A DNA stretch of 64,000 nucleotides from the NCBI GenBank assembly GCA_964016885.1, contig OZ024755.1, forward strand, positions 19,096,001 to 19,160,000, in the 5' to 3' direction. The notes below the pieces were generated by a model. It saw nothing but the letters and a program-made list of their open reading frames with translations, was not told the origin of the DNA and made no database searches. Made by a program: the position numbers and the translations under genes. How positions within the stretch are numbered: position 1 is the stretch's first letter; every line of letters begins with the position of its first letter. The stretch comes from Eledone cirrhosa (taxonomy: Eukaryota). This document shows, piece after piece, positions 1 to 11,372 of the stretch.

Positions 1-590
1 ATAATCTTAGTTTTCCCAGCTTTTCTCGAAGAAAGTTTAGTTACAAAGCTAGGTAATTCTATTTCTTGTACCTTTGCTTTCTTATGAGAGCTGGGCGAAT
101 TTAGAGTGGAAGTCGAAGTACATCTTGTATCGGGATTAAAAACAAATCGATTTGGGTATTTTGGAAATCCATCAAGCATCGATTGTGAATGCTTTTCAAA
201 AATCAAAGGACTATCAATATTGGTGACCTTCTTTTTAGAATTACAGAAACTTCGAATCTCACAATTTTGTTTTCTTTGTACTTCACTAAAATCTGGATGA
301 TAATTATCACCGTGTCCGTGACATCCCTTAAAATATTTTACATTGTAACCGGCAGAAGAAGCCTTTAACTGACCATGTTTCAAGCTATTTTGAGAAACTA
401 TGTTTAAATCTCGAGAAGAAAGTAACAAAGTTTTATCAGGCGACTTCGTTAATCGGTTAATCGGTTTTCGATCTATCAATTTTAATCCTCTCGTTTCAAC
501 AAGAGAGTTTTCCTGATCAACGGCTGAATTATTTAAGTCTAATTGATGTTTAGATTGGGAATGGTGGAAAGACTGTAGTATGCTCTTCAT
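1..590 (-). CDS. Probable coding exon of an unidentified gene, truncated by the window start (MKSILQSFHHSQSKHQLDLNNSAVDQENSLVETRGLKLIDRKPINRLTKSPDK...ELPSFVTKLSSRKAGKTKI)
   Basis: Manual translation from ATG at 590 (minus) gives 196 codons with no stop up to position 1, which is unlikely by chance in such AT-rich DNA. The sequence is non-repetitive and S/K/N-rich. A possible acceptor (TTTCTAG) lies 10 nt upstream. It is absent from the ORF track because no stop falls inside the window. Confidence 0.7.
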   Translation of the reverse strand, partial: MKSILQSFHHSQSKHQLDLNNSAVDQENSLVETRGLKLIDRKPINRLTKSPDKTLLLSSRDLNIVSQNSLKHGQLKASSAGYNVKYFKGCHGHGDNYHPDFSEVQRKQNCEIRSFCNSKKKVTNIDSPLIFEKHSQSMLDGFPKYPNRFVFNPDTRCTSTSTLNSPSSHKKAKVQEIELPSFVTKLSSRKAGKTKI

Positions 591-1607
591 AATTACATTT
601 CTAGAAAGGCTTTCAGCAATTTTCTCTCCAAATTATTTTCCTTGTCATTACATAAGTTCCCGAGAACAAAATATTTCTGCAAATAAAAGAGAAATTTGAC
701 TGTAAAAAAACCTGAATAAACTTTTCTCCAAAATAGTAACATACTTTCCTACAAGCTATGTCAAGTTGACATATATATATATATACATATATCATAAGTA
801 AATATATTTATTTATATATGTGTGTGTATGAATGAAATCACTACAAAGTGTGTCAATGTAAAATGATATTTATTGACATTAAAGGCACCAGTTTAGGAGA
901 GAAAAGAGAAAGAGAAACAGGCTCATTGCATTTATTATTGTTGTCTCAGAACCAGACGAAATACAAAACTGTATTGATAGAAATTTCAAGCTAAAAAAAC
1001 CACAATCAAAAACTTCTATAAGAACTTCTGTAAGGACTTTTCTCTGAAATTTTCTTTGCAACTTATTTTCTTTATTATTATTCCATAAGTTCCCAAGATT
1101 CCTGCCGTATCTAAACATTAGATGTGACCGTGTTCTAACATAATGGTTTCATAATAAAGATATTATTTAAAATAAACCCAATTAAACGCATAAATACAAG
1201 TAATAAAACAAAACAGGGAGTCTGTAACGGTTTTGATTCTCACGAAAAAGCATAAATGTCACATCTCATCTGACATAGATAGTTTGGTATCCCCCGCCAC
1301 CCTGTCTTTGTTTCCTCATTATTTTTTAAACAATGTGTATTTTTTTAATGACATCTTTTTTCCAAAATTGTTTTCAAATGTATATATTAAGATTATGTTG
1401 GTGAAATAAAAAAAAAAGTTTTTCTTTAGTTTTAAATTGTAATATGTGATTTGGCAGCCATCTTTAACAGATCGAGCAACTGAGTAGAGGGAGACTCCTG
1501 GTGTGTGTTTGTGTGTTTGTTTTCAAAGTAATGTGCTATGAATTTATTGAAAGAAGCGTAGAAAGAAAGAATGAATGAAGAATAAATATCTAAAAATCAA
1601 TCAGTCT

Positions 1608-1920
1608 ATTGCATGTGGTTAGGGAATTCGGCTTACGATCGTAAGGTCATGAGTTCGATTCTCGGCGGCGTGCTATGTCCTTGAACAAGACACTTTATTT
1701 CACGTTGCTCCACTTCACTCGACTGGCAAAAATGAGTTGTACCTGTAATTCGAAGAGCCAGCCTTGTCACATTCTGTGTCACGCCGAATCTCCCTGAGAA
1801 CTCTGTTAAGGGTACGCGTGTTTGTGGAATGCTCAGCCACTTGCACGTTAATTTCACGAACAGGCCGTTCCGTTGATCGGATCAACTGGAACACTCGTCG
1901 TCGTAACCGACGGAGTGCCC
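1608..1920 (+). mobile_element. tRNA-derived CORE-type SINE
   Basis: A-box-like TGGTTAG, B-box GAGTTCGATTC, then CORE-like GTCCTTGAACAAGACACTTTATTTCACGTTGCTC. CpGs are retained. Confidence 0.75.
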
Positions 1921-2124
1921 TCCAGTTTTCTCTAGGATGAAAAGAACAACAGTGAAATAGTTTGACATAAAACTACAATTTGTATCCCACCCCACCACGA
2001 TTTTGTTTTCTTTTAGCTTTCTTATTAATACATATTGTTTAATGAAATATGGTAGATATACATTTTCAAAGGTTTAGATTATAATTATGTTGAAACTAAA
2101 ATTTTAAAAAAAGAAGATAAACGT

Positions 2125-2975
2125 CAGATCATGCCAAGGAAAGAATGATTCCATTGGTCTTTCCATTGTTGATAGAATCTACCAGTCGCAACTCTTGGTA
2201 GAAAGAAAGAAGCTGGTTGTCAGATCAGACCAAGGAAACAATCTTTCCATTGTTGATAGAATCTACCAGTCGCAACTCCTGGTAGAAAGAAAGGAGCTGG
2301 TTGTCAGCTCAGACCAAGGAAACAATCTTTCCGTTGTTGATAGAATCTACCAGTCGCAACTCTTGGTAGAAAGAAAGAAGCTGGTTGTCAGATCAGACCA
2401 AGGAAACAATCTTTCCATTGTTGATAGAATCTACCAGTCGCAACTCCTGGTAGAAAGAAAGGAGCTGGTTGTCAGCTCAGACCAAGGAAACAATCTTTCC
2501 ATTGTTGATAGAATCTACCAGTCGCAACTCCTGGTAGAAAGAAAGGAGCTGGTTGTCAGATCAGACCAAGGAAACAATCTTTCCGTTGTTGATAGAATCT
2601 ACCAGTCGCAACTCCTGGTAGAAAGAAAGGAGCTGGTTGTCAGCTCAGACCAAGGAAACAATCTTTCCGTTGTTGATAGAATCTACCAGTCGCAACTCCT
2701 GGTAGAAAGAAAGGAGCTGGTTGTCAGCTCAGACCAAGGAAACAATCTTTCCGTTGTTGATAGAATCTACCAGTCGCAACTCCTGGTAGAAAGAAAGGAG
2801 CTGGTTGTCAGATCAGACCAAGGAAACAATCTTTCCGTTGTTGATAGAATCTACCAGTGGCAACTCCTGGTAGAAAGAAAGGAGCTGGTTGTCAGATCAG
2901 ACCAAGGAAACAATGTTTCCATTGGCCTTTCCATTGTTGATACTATCTACCGGTCACATCTCCTGGAAGAAGGAG
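2125..2975. repeat. 84-bp minisatellite (~10 units) derived from a SINE body segment
   Basis: Near-identical units CTTTCCATTGTTGATAGAATCTACCAGTCGCAACTCCTGGTAGAAAGAAAGGAGCTGGTTGTCAGATCAGACCAAGGAAACAAT. The same segment occurs singly in SINEs at ~5670, 18280, 32770, 52255 and 53605. Confidence 0.95.
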
Positions 2976-3078
2976 GTAGGATTTGAATTCAGAAAATACA
3001 CAGATGCTAATCTGAAAAAAATAGTGAGCAATTTGTACTGTTATTTATGCATGTGTGTGTGTATATATATATATATAT

Positions 3079-3280
3079 AAGGGGGTGTGATAAGGAACCA
3101 GATGGACCATAACGCACCATAACAGGTAAAGGAACCAAATAAATATATATATTTTTTTAAATAAGACTCCAGTTGCATTTTCGATTTCATCTTTTTTTCT
3201 TTATATATATATATATATATTGGTTCCTTTACCTTTTCAAAAGTAGATTTGAGATGGAGGGTCTGTGGTTTTCCTCACAT

Positions 3281-3283
<3 letters not shown>
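3079..3283. mobile_element. (TA)n-embedded repeat, rearranged relative of the hammerhead-bearing element at 13848-14062
   Basis: Shares both halves with 13910-14060, with one half inverted. It has an internal inverted repeat GGTAAAGGAACCAA...TTGGTTCCTTTACC and a 19-nt deletion in the ribozyme core. (TA)n lies on both sides. Confidence 0.7.
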
Positions 3284-3355
<72 letters not shown>

Positions 3356-3448
3356 CATAAATATATTCTTGAAACACGTTCCACATATTGAACCGAAATC
3401 AACAGACAATTTAGGTTTTAAACCAATAAAATAAAAACTAAATAATAT

Positions 3449-3550
3449 ATAATTGTTTCTATTTTTGGCACAAGGCCAGCAAATAACCAGAGCATTACTG
3501 GTACTTTATTTTATCGACCCGTAAGGCTGAAAGGCAAAGTTAACCTCGGG
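3449..3550 (-). mobile_element. 5'-truncated copy of the young tRNA-derived SINE family (same as 5288-5480)
   Basis: Reverse complement of CCGAGGTTAACTTTGCCTTTCA...GGGTCGATAAAATAAAGTACCAG...AGAAACAATTAT. Confidence 0.85.
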
Positions 3551-3694
3551 CCGTGTGGTTAAGGAGTTCGCTTAGCAATCGAGTAGCTCTGAGTTCTGTG
3601 CCGCTTAGTACGTGGCATCTTCTTGACCTCGGATTGACTAATGCCTTACGAATGGAATTTAGTAAACGGAGATAACAGAAGCTCGTCGTATGTG

Positions 3695-3730
<36 letters not shown>

Positions 3731-3877
3731 TATATACATATACACACACATATATATATATATACACACATACACATATATATACACACACACATATATA
3801 TATACACACACATATATATATACACACACACATATACAAACACACACACACAAATATATATATATATATACACACAC

Positions 3878-3910
<33 letters not shown>

Positions 3911-4335
3911 TATATACACACACATATACACACACACACACACATATACACACATATACACACACACACACATATACACACACATATACACACATATATA
4001 TATACACATATATATACACACACACATATACACACACACACATATATATACACACACACACATACACACACACACACATATATACACACACATATATACA
4101 CACACACACATATATATACACACACACACACACATATATATACACACGCACACACGTGTGTGTGTGTGTGCGCGCGATTATGCCACATAACTTAGCAGTC
4201 CGATAAAAAAGAGATCGATAAAATAAGTACCTTTAAAGAAATACATACTTACTGGGCTCGCAACGATCGACTAAATCATGACGGTGGCCCAGCATGGCCG
4301 CAATTTAATGAGTGAACACAATAAAAGCAAAAGAA
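3550..4335 (+). mobile_element. Composite CORE-type SINE with a ~480-bp internal (CA)/(TA) microsatellite
   Basis: Head GTGTGGTTAAGGAGTTCGCTT..., microsatellite 3690-4170, and tail ...CCAGCATGGCCGCA. The same layout occurs at 6545-6880. Confidence 0.7.
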
Positions 4336-5287
4336 AAAAAAGTCAGAAAATTCGGTGCAGAATAACAATTTTTAATTGTATAAATATATATATTTAAACG
4401 TGCTTTAGGTGTTCTGCTGTCAGCTGAAAATCTTGGTTAATAGATACAACAAGAGTTTGTTGCCGACATCTAATACATTGACGAGATTAACAAGTGTATA
4501 ATGAGCAAGCTATTTATTATATACTGTTGTTATCATCGCCTTCCTTGTAACATTGTTAATGGAAGGGATCTAATATATTATTTTTAGAATAATGGCGTCA
4601 TAGCTTTAATCTAACTCTAATTGCTAGGGTGACTTTATAAGCAGGTAACGAATTGTAAACAGTCAATTTTGTTCAGGATCACTCTGAAACACAAATTCTT
4701 GAACTTAAGACTTAGAAAAAAAGAGGATCGGTGATACCATTAAGATCAACTAGGCAGTCAACTAGGGCACAGACCTCAGCTCTCTGAATTACTGAACCTT
4801 AAATTATCACAGTTTTGTTATTTGTATAATTAAATTATAAATATATAATTTCCCGTATATCTGCCGTGACGTAGCAGCGTTGTAGAAATATCCAAAGCCG
4901 AGAAGACGGTCGTATGATGTAATGACCTGTTACATAATTTGACATAGGTGAGCGAAAATGCAGTCTTAGTAATTTTCTTAGTGTGGTCAGAGTAAGAAGT
5001 GTCAAAAACTAGATTCTTTAGCTTACCAAACTGTAAGTTAACATTGTTTTACCTGGGAGAATAGAGCACACGTTGTAGAGCTAGTTTAGGGCAATAAACA
5101 ACCAGGTGCCGGCTCTGAGATATGGACCGATCTAGAGCTTAGTATCACCCTCCTCTGGACTTGTTTTCTAAATTTTCTTAATGTATATTCTTTTACGATT
5201 CTGTTGAAGTTTCTTCGTACGCCACACATGTAGAAATGACATTACGTTCCTGTAGAAAATATTTATGACATTATTCTAATTGATCAT

Positions 5288-5480
5288 GGGCGGTGGATTG
5301 GCAGTATCGGTAGAGGTTCGGACGCCATGCTTTGACGCATAGAGTTACGGCCCTTGCTATTCTGAGTTCAAATCCCGCCGAGGTTAACTTTGCCTTTCAT
5401 CCTTACGGGGTCGATAAAATAAAGTACCAGTAATGTACTGGGTAATTTCTGGCTTTGTGCCAATAGTAGAAACAATTATT
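5288..5480 (+). mobile_element. Young tRNA-derived SINE, full length, with 16-bp TSD
   Basis: A-box TGGCAGTATCGGTAGA, B-box GAGTTCAAATC. TSD ATTATTCTAATTGATC at 5270-5285 and 5475-5490. Confidence 0.9.
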
Positions 5481-5666
5481 CTAATTGATCTTATTCGTTA
5501 TCAATATGGAATTGGAAGGTATGATGAAACAATGTTTGTCATTATATTTAGACCCCTACAAACACAGCTCAAAGATATTCAGTAATAAAAGAATTAATGA
5601 ACAGAACTATATATGGAAACGATCGATAAGATCCCAGACAATTATTGGTTTACCAAGTAGAGCGGA

Positions 5667-5845
5667 CCATGTCAAATCAGACCAAGGAAACAATGTTTCC
5701 ATTGCTGATACTTTCTACCGATCGCAAATCCTGACAGAAAGAACAACCTGAAATAAAGTGTCTTGCTAAAGAACATAACGCACCACCCGGTCTAGGAATT
5801 TAACTCGCAACCTCGCGATTACGAATCCAATTTCTTAACCCCTTA
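5667..5845 (-). mobile_element. CORE-type SINE, hairpin-body family (other copies ~18175-18400 +, 32755-32975 -, 52240-52400 -)
   Basis: Reverse-strand tRNA-like head plus CORE (AGCAAGACACTTTATTTC), followed by the body segment that is amplified in the 84-bp and 95-bp arrays. Confidence 0.75.
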
Positions 5846-6218
5846 ATCACTCGCTTTCACGAACAGAACTACATAATAATGAAATTATTGTGCTTCCAAC
5901 TTCATTTTCAAGCTAGTAATTATTTTAAACCTTCACTTTCTAGCGCTGAACATTAAATTGTAGTTAGGCAAGATATATTTCCCATGCATTATATAAATGA
6001 AAATTGCTATTGACTTTAAATCAAGAGTTAATATTTATAGACTCAAAATGTCACGAAAAGACTAATTAGGGAAGTTAATTAGTGGACTGGTCGAAGTTAA
6101 TTAGTAGACTGTCAGGTCTTTGTTTGTAAGTTATACTATAATATGGTAGAAATATAATATTACACCAGTTGTTTACGACTTATTAACATTAAAAGGTTTA
6201 TTTTAAATTCTGTATTTT

Positions 6219-6500
6219 TATGGAAGAGATTGATGCCAATTGACAGTTGTTTGAAACTGTAAGGAAAGGGAAACTTTAGTATTTGGGAAATGTCATCAGA
6301 GCCCAAAATTTGACCACCCACATCCTTGAGGGACGAATACAGGGGAAAGAGGCCAGGGGACAGCAGAAAAGGAGATGGAAAGATAATATTAAGAAATAGA
6401 CTGGAGGCAGTTTGGCGGAATGTACAGCAATGGCAAGAGACAGGAAAGGATGGAGAATGCTGGTCCACAAGTCCATGACCCTCAGATATGAGGATGGGAT
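6219..6500 (+). mobile_element. RTE-clade LINE 3' fragment (degenerate)
   Basis: Translates with stops as ...KGKL*YLGNVIRAQNLTTHILEGRIQGKEARGQQKRRWKDNIKK*TG...AMARDRKGWRMLV, the typical RTE/BovB C-terminus. Confidence 0.85.
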
Positions 6501-6544
6501 GAGAAGATGAGAAGATTTCTATGAAAACGCAAGTCAGACATCTA

Positions 6545-6880
6545 GACATAGGTTTGGGGGAGTAGTTAAGAAATTCACTTTGCAACCATGTAGTTTCTGG
6601 TTCACTATTACTGTGTAAGACCTTCAACAATTTTTTTCTTCTACTGTAGTCTAGGTTTAACCTATGTTTTGTGAGGAATGAAATTTGATTGAGGGAAAGT
6701 GTGTGGAATCCCATCGTGCGCGCGTGCGTGTGTATGTGTGTGTCCCTTATATTTACTACTTGTTTGTGTCCCGCCATATAGCGGTTCGGCAAAAGGAGAT
6801 TAATAAAATATGTATCGGAGTCGATGTCATCTAAATATTTTAAAGGCAGTACTCCAACATGGCGGCAGTCTAATCACAAG
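6545..6880 (+). mobile_element. Diverged composite CORE-type SINE
   Basis: Collinear with 3550-4335, with a short (TG)n centre. Confidence 0.65.
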
Positions 6881-7113
6881 ATATTTTTTCTTTTGAATAT
6901 TCTGTTACTGGTTTCAGTTATTAGAGTGTAGCCACGCTGGGGTACCGTCTTGAAGGAGTTTAATTAGTCATATTGAACCCAGCACTTCTTTTATCAAAGG
7001 ATTGGACAATTACCATGGGAAATTGTAGATCATTAACAGGTAGAATTGTGTACAGGTAAACTTCTAAAAGTTTTTTTTCGAATCAAAAGAAAATAGATCA
7101 ATTTTATACTAAC

Positions 7114-7159
<46 letters not shown>

Positions 7160-8805
7160 CAATTTTTCTTGATATCAGAAAGAAAATGTCTTTGATTTCT
7201 GTCAAAGTCTGCCGTATAATGTGTCAGACGAATTCGGCAAATGTCAGAATCGTTTTTTGTTTTTTCTTGTAAACTTGAATAGAGCCAATTTCTTTAAGTT
7301 TGACATTAGTCTTTATATATCTGGCATTATATATATTGGCATTGTATATTGTTATCAGCTGGGAAAAAAGACCAAACCCTAAGATCATATCTTTGGCCTA
7401 GCAGGAGGCAATATAGCTGTGTTGTTATTTATATAAATACCTTAGAAGAAGATTCTTATTGTTAATGTCTGCCAAACAGTAACTTAGTTGCGGGTGGAGG
7501 GAATACAGTTAACCCTGAGCGGCACACTTTTGATGTCTATTATGCTGTGTATGTGATTTTTCTTAAGGCGGCGGGGAAAAGATCTGAAGGATTCCACAAC
7601 CCTGCAACTGTGTGAGGCAAACTTTAGTTACTTCACTAAAAAAAAAAAAAGAAGGAAATTTACAGCTCACACCTATACAGGTTTGGGTGGCCTCTTACAG
7701 GGTTTATTTCATAGGAAGTTTCTCAGGTAATTTAATATTAGCTCTGATTCCCAGTCCTATCAAACTAAACACAATGTGAAATGAAGCGTTTTGCTCTAGA
7801 TCAGATACAGGCAACCTTGTTCGAGCATTGAGCCACATAGAAATGTGACTCAACTTCTGGGCCACACTACTAAAACATCGAAGGCAATTTTGAAATTAGA
7901 TGTACCGTTCAGAAAGCCAAACAGGCTGCAGTTTGCCCACGACTGGTATAGATCAACGCCGCACTGCCAGCCTAAGAATCGAACTCACAACCTTATGGCC
8001 GTGTGTCTAACACCTTAACTACTAGGCCATGAAATATCCATTTTCACCCAATAGAAGTTAAATGTTTGTCTGAGCTATCTGCAAATATATTTGTTAATCA
8101 GGATGATTGAAGTTATTGATTTAGCTCTTTTGATCGAATTCCTATGTATTCGATCAGAACTTCCATCAATCGATAGATAATGAAATACAGTATTGACGTC
8201 ATTAATGGTGACACTTTGAAGTGCTGATGAAGAATGTATTGAGGTTCTTTAGTTGGTTTTAGCCACCACAGCCAAGGCCATACTGGAACACCAGAGAATA
8301 GAAAATGATTAATTATTACCTTTGTTGATATTATTCACTTGTTTAACCTCAGGTCGACTTTGATTTAGCATCCTATGATCAAAAAAAGTATTCCAGCAGT
8401 AGACATCTTGTCTGGGTGGGATATCTACAAATGTATCAGTTAATATGTCATTCCCTTTCCCAAAACGGTGCAAAGAAATTTAGCTGCTATTTCTAGAAAT
8501 TAGACTAACCACATATTCGACCGTGGTGGTATAGGTGTTAATCTCTGTTGTCTGCACTCTCCTTTCTTCTCCCCCTCCTCCTCTCACTGCTGCACTCTCC
8601 TGTGACCAATCCCCAGCATGCCTGTCTTCACAGCATGTCTCTGTTTGATGTGGTCTGATGCTAATGCGTCCCAACACGCTAGATGTCATTTGTCTTCGTG
8701 TTGCGCCTTCAGACATTCTTGTGCTATAGGAATGGTTTTCCTACAGCCATAGTACCGATGGTTAGGGAAAGATTATAGAAGCCTTCTTACTACAGTCGTA
8801 AAATG

Positions 8806-9021
8806 TTAACCCTTTAGCATTTACATTACTCTATATTTACTATTTTATTTTCGCGGTAAAGGCTTTATCTCTCACAATTATCTCACATAATATCGAATCT
8901 CTGAGATTTTGATATTTATTTTGAGAACAATAGCTTAACATCAGTATGGGTAGCTAGTTACGACCAGTTTGAACAGAAAGAGGTGAGAGAATTCTGGCCG
9001 GTTTAAATGTCAAAGGGTTAA
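8806..9021 (+). mobile_element. piggyBac-type MITE, family 1
   Basis: TTAA on both sides. Terminal inverted repeats CCCTTTAGCATTTA...TAAATGTCAAAGGG. At least 7 related copies in the window. Confidence 0.85.
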
Positions 9022-9039
9022 ATGAGTATTAGAAGTGAA

Positions 9040-10130
9040 GGAATTATATAGTGGTCAGAGGAGTTGTCAGACTACAGTTTCAAAGACTCCTTGAACGGTC
9101 TCACGACCGTCCAGTATGTTCTCACACACATATCGCCCAAATATAGTAAATGTACCACGGAGCTTGTAAGTTTTGTAATGTATTAGGTTAGTGGAGGTGC
9201 AGTTAAAGTAGCCAATCACATTGACATTGTCACAGTTCTGATCAAGCAGACATATAACTATACGTATTCTAGCCATGACTCTCTCGTCTTTATGTTTTAC
9301 CAAAGAGTAGATGTATGGGAGATAAAGGGACCGGGGAAACTGTGGATGTGCTGAGTTAGGTGTGTCTGGGAGACAGAGAACTGCTGATTAGAAAGTCATG
9401 TCGATTATGTATCTTTTTTGAAAGATAGGAGTGGAAGATCACGAAAGATAGCATTGTCAGTATGCAGAAAACGGAAGTTGCGAAGGAAGATGTGCTGAAG
9501 TAGTCGGGTAGCAGGGTGGAGGTGAGAGGTTTCGAACTGTGGGAGGGTGGTTCGCTATGTGAATGAGGCAGTACGGTTGATAAATTGAGATAGTTAAAGG
9601 ACAGAGTCAACGACACGTATGGGGTAACTGCGTAAGAAGAAAAATGATGTATTTACTTCGACCTTGTAATGGAATCAGGGTCTTTGCAACAGAGGCAGTG
9701 GATATGGGTGAATTATGAGAAAGTGATGGCAGACTTTGTGAGATTTGGATACAAGGAAGGAAAGACGAGGTAGAAGTGAGAGTCCTTAGATTTACAGCGA
9801 ACAGATACGGAGAGGTGAAGGTTCTCGATAGAGACAGATCCCCAGAAAGTTGATCAATCAATCAATCAGGGATGGTGGACGTGAATTCCAGTGTGGAGTG
9901 GTTATTGTTTATGTAGGATATAAAACCTGAGAGTTGCTCTCTGTTGTGAGGTGGCACTGATATACACATCAATATAACAGTTATGTACCTCAATAAGCTG
10001 GGGTGAAAATATGGGTTTTAATGTGGCTAACTGACGGCCAACGTTTTACCCATCGATACGCCGCACACTTATTGGTGGAAATCACCAGAGAAGGAAAAGT
10101 AATTTAGATGCGTTCAGTGAAAGGGAACAG
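9040..10130 (-). mobile_element. Penelope-like retroelement relic (RT plus GIY-YIG endonuclease)
   Basis: Degenerate minus-strand motifs in the expected order: NYFSFSGDFHQ*VCGVSMGKTLA, LLRYI, EQLSGFISYINNNHSTLEFT, INFLG, PLLSF..KIHNRHDFLISS, FNCTSTNLIHY...YVCE. Confidence 0.75.
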
Positions 10131-10152
10131 TATACACGTGTTGAGTTCAAAA

Positions 10153-10580
10153 CATTATTTTGGTAGGGTCAGACGCCGTGCTTTGACGCATAGAGTTACG
10201 GCCCTTGCCATTCTGAATTCAAATCTCGCCGAGGTTAACTTTGCCTTTCATCCTTACGGGGTCGATAAAATAAAGTACCAGTAATGCACTGGGTAATTGC
10301 TGGCCTTATGCCAATAGTAGAAACAATTATTTTGGTGGTGAGATGTCATCATTACAGAGGATACCAGAGTCAGAGTACAAGAATGGACATCTTGACAAAT
10401 AATGTGACATTAGGGTCGGACGCCATGCTTTACAACATAGAGTTACGGCCCTTTACGATCTGAATTCAAATCCCGCCGCGGTTAACTTTGCCTTTCGTCT
10501 TCACGGAGTCGATAAAATAAAGTACCAGTAATGCACTGAGGTAATTGCTGGCCTTGTGCTAAAAAGTAGAAACAATTATT
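10153..10580 (+). mobile_element. Two adjacent 5'-truncated copies of the young SINE
   Basis: Copies at ~10163-10330 and ~10410-10580. The first is flanked by ATTATTTTGGT on both sides. Confidence 0.85.
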
Positions 10581-10980
10581 TTGAGAACGAGGAGCTGTCA
10601 TTACGGAGGATACAGAGTGCAAGAATGTCCATTTTGGGAGAGAGAGAGAGAGGCCATCATAGCGGAGTATACCAGTGTGCTAGTATATACATCCTGACTA
10701 GCAATGCACCTCGGAATTTATTGTTGATCCAACAAAACTGTTTGAAACAAAAATAGACACAAGTTGGTTTTGATCAGTTTTTCAGAAAAAAAGATTCTTT
10801 TGTTATCAAAACACTGTTATTTCCTGTAGCAGTGTACACTACAATGCTGGTATTTTATTTGTATATGCATGTCCGTAAACCTATTATCATTCCTTTAAGA
10901 AAATATGTTTCCTTAAATAGTAATGTTATTGCTTGTAACTATTTGAACAGCACAGCAATTGATTTTGTTTATTGTGATGT

Positions 10981-11312
10981 GGGGCGGTGAATTGGCAAAA
11001 TCGTTAGAACGTCGGATAGAATGCTTTGCGGTATTTGTTTCGGTTCGCTGTTCCCTGAGTTCAAATCCCCCTGGAGGTCAGCTTTGCCTTTCCTCCATTC
11101 AAGATTGATAAAAAAAAAAAAAAAAAGTACCAGTCTAATACTGGGTCGATTCTTCCTCTATATCTCTTTCTCACTGCCCTACTCTCACTCTCTCTATCCT
11201 TTGTCTGGAAGAAATCTGCTGTATTCATACCTGGAGAGGAATTGGGATCCGCCAGGTTTTAAAATGCCCTGAAAACGCCGTATGTCAATACAACGCCCTT
11301 ACGACTCTCGGG
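10981..11312 (+). mobile_element. tRNA-derived SINE with a distinct 3' tail (also 13230-13420 -, 53965-54270 +)
   Basis: GGCGGTGAATTGGCAAAATCGTTAGA...GAGTTCAAATC head. The tail CTGGAAGAAATCTGCTGT...CTGGAGAGG is shared by three copies. Confidence 0.75.
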
Positions 11313-11313
11313 T

Positions 11314-11372
<59 letters not shown>

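Noticed and set aside
2195-2986. 263-aa repeat ORF as a protein-coding gene
   Set aside because: It is an 84-bp SINE-derived unit that happens to lack a stop in one frame. The homologous 95-bp array is not frame-preserving.
3540-4195. Long C/V/Y and H/T/I ORFs (also 29005-29698, 53137-53416, 58929-59165, 61730-62165)
   Set aside because: Translations of dinucleotide microsatellites.
5288-5380. tRNA genes
   Set aside because: The A/B boxes belong to multi-copy SINE heads. No complete cloverleaf was seen.
8105-8175. Hairpin TGATCGAAT...ATTCGATCA as a pre-miRNA
   Set aside because: Only a 9-bp clean stem, and the outer pairing is poor.
8650-8720. Degenerate hammerhead near the Penelope relic
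   Set aside because: Several invariant core bases are missing on both strands. At best an unprovable relic.
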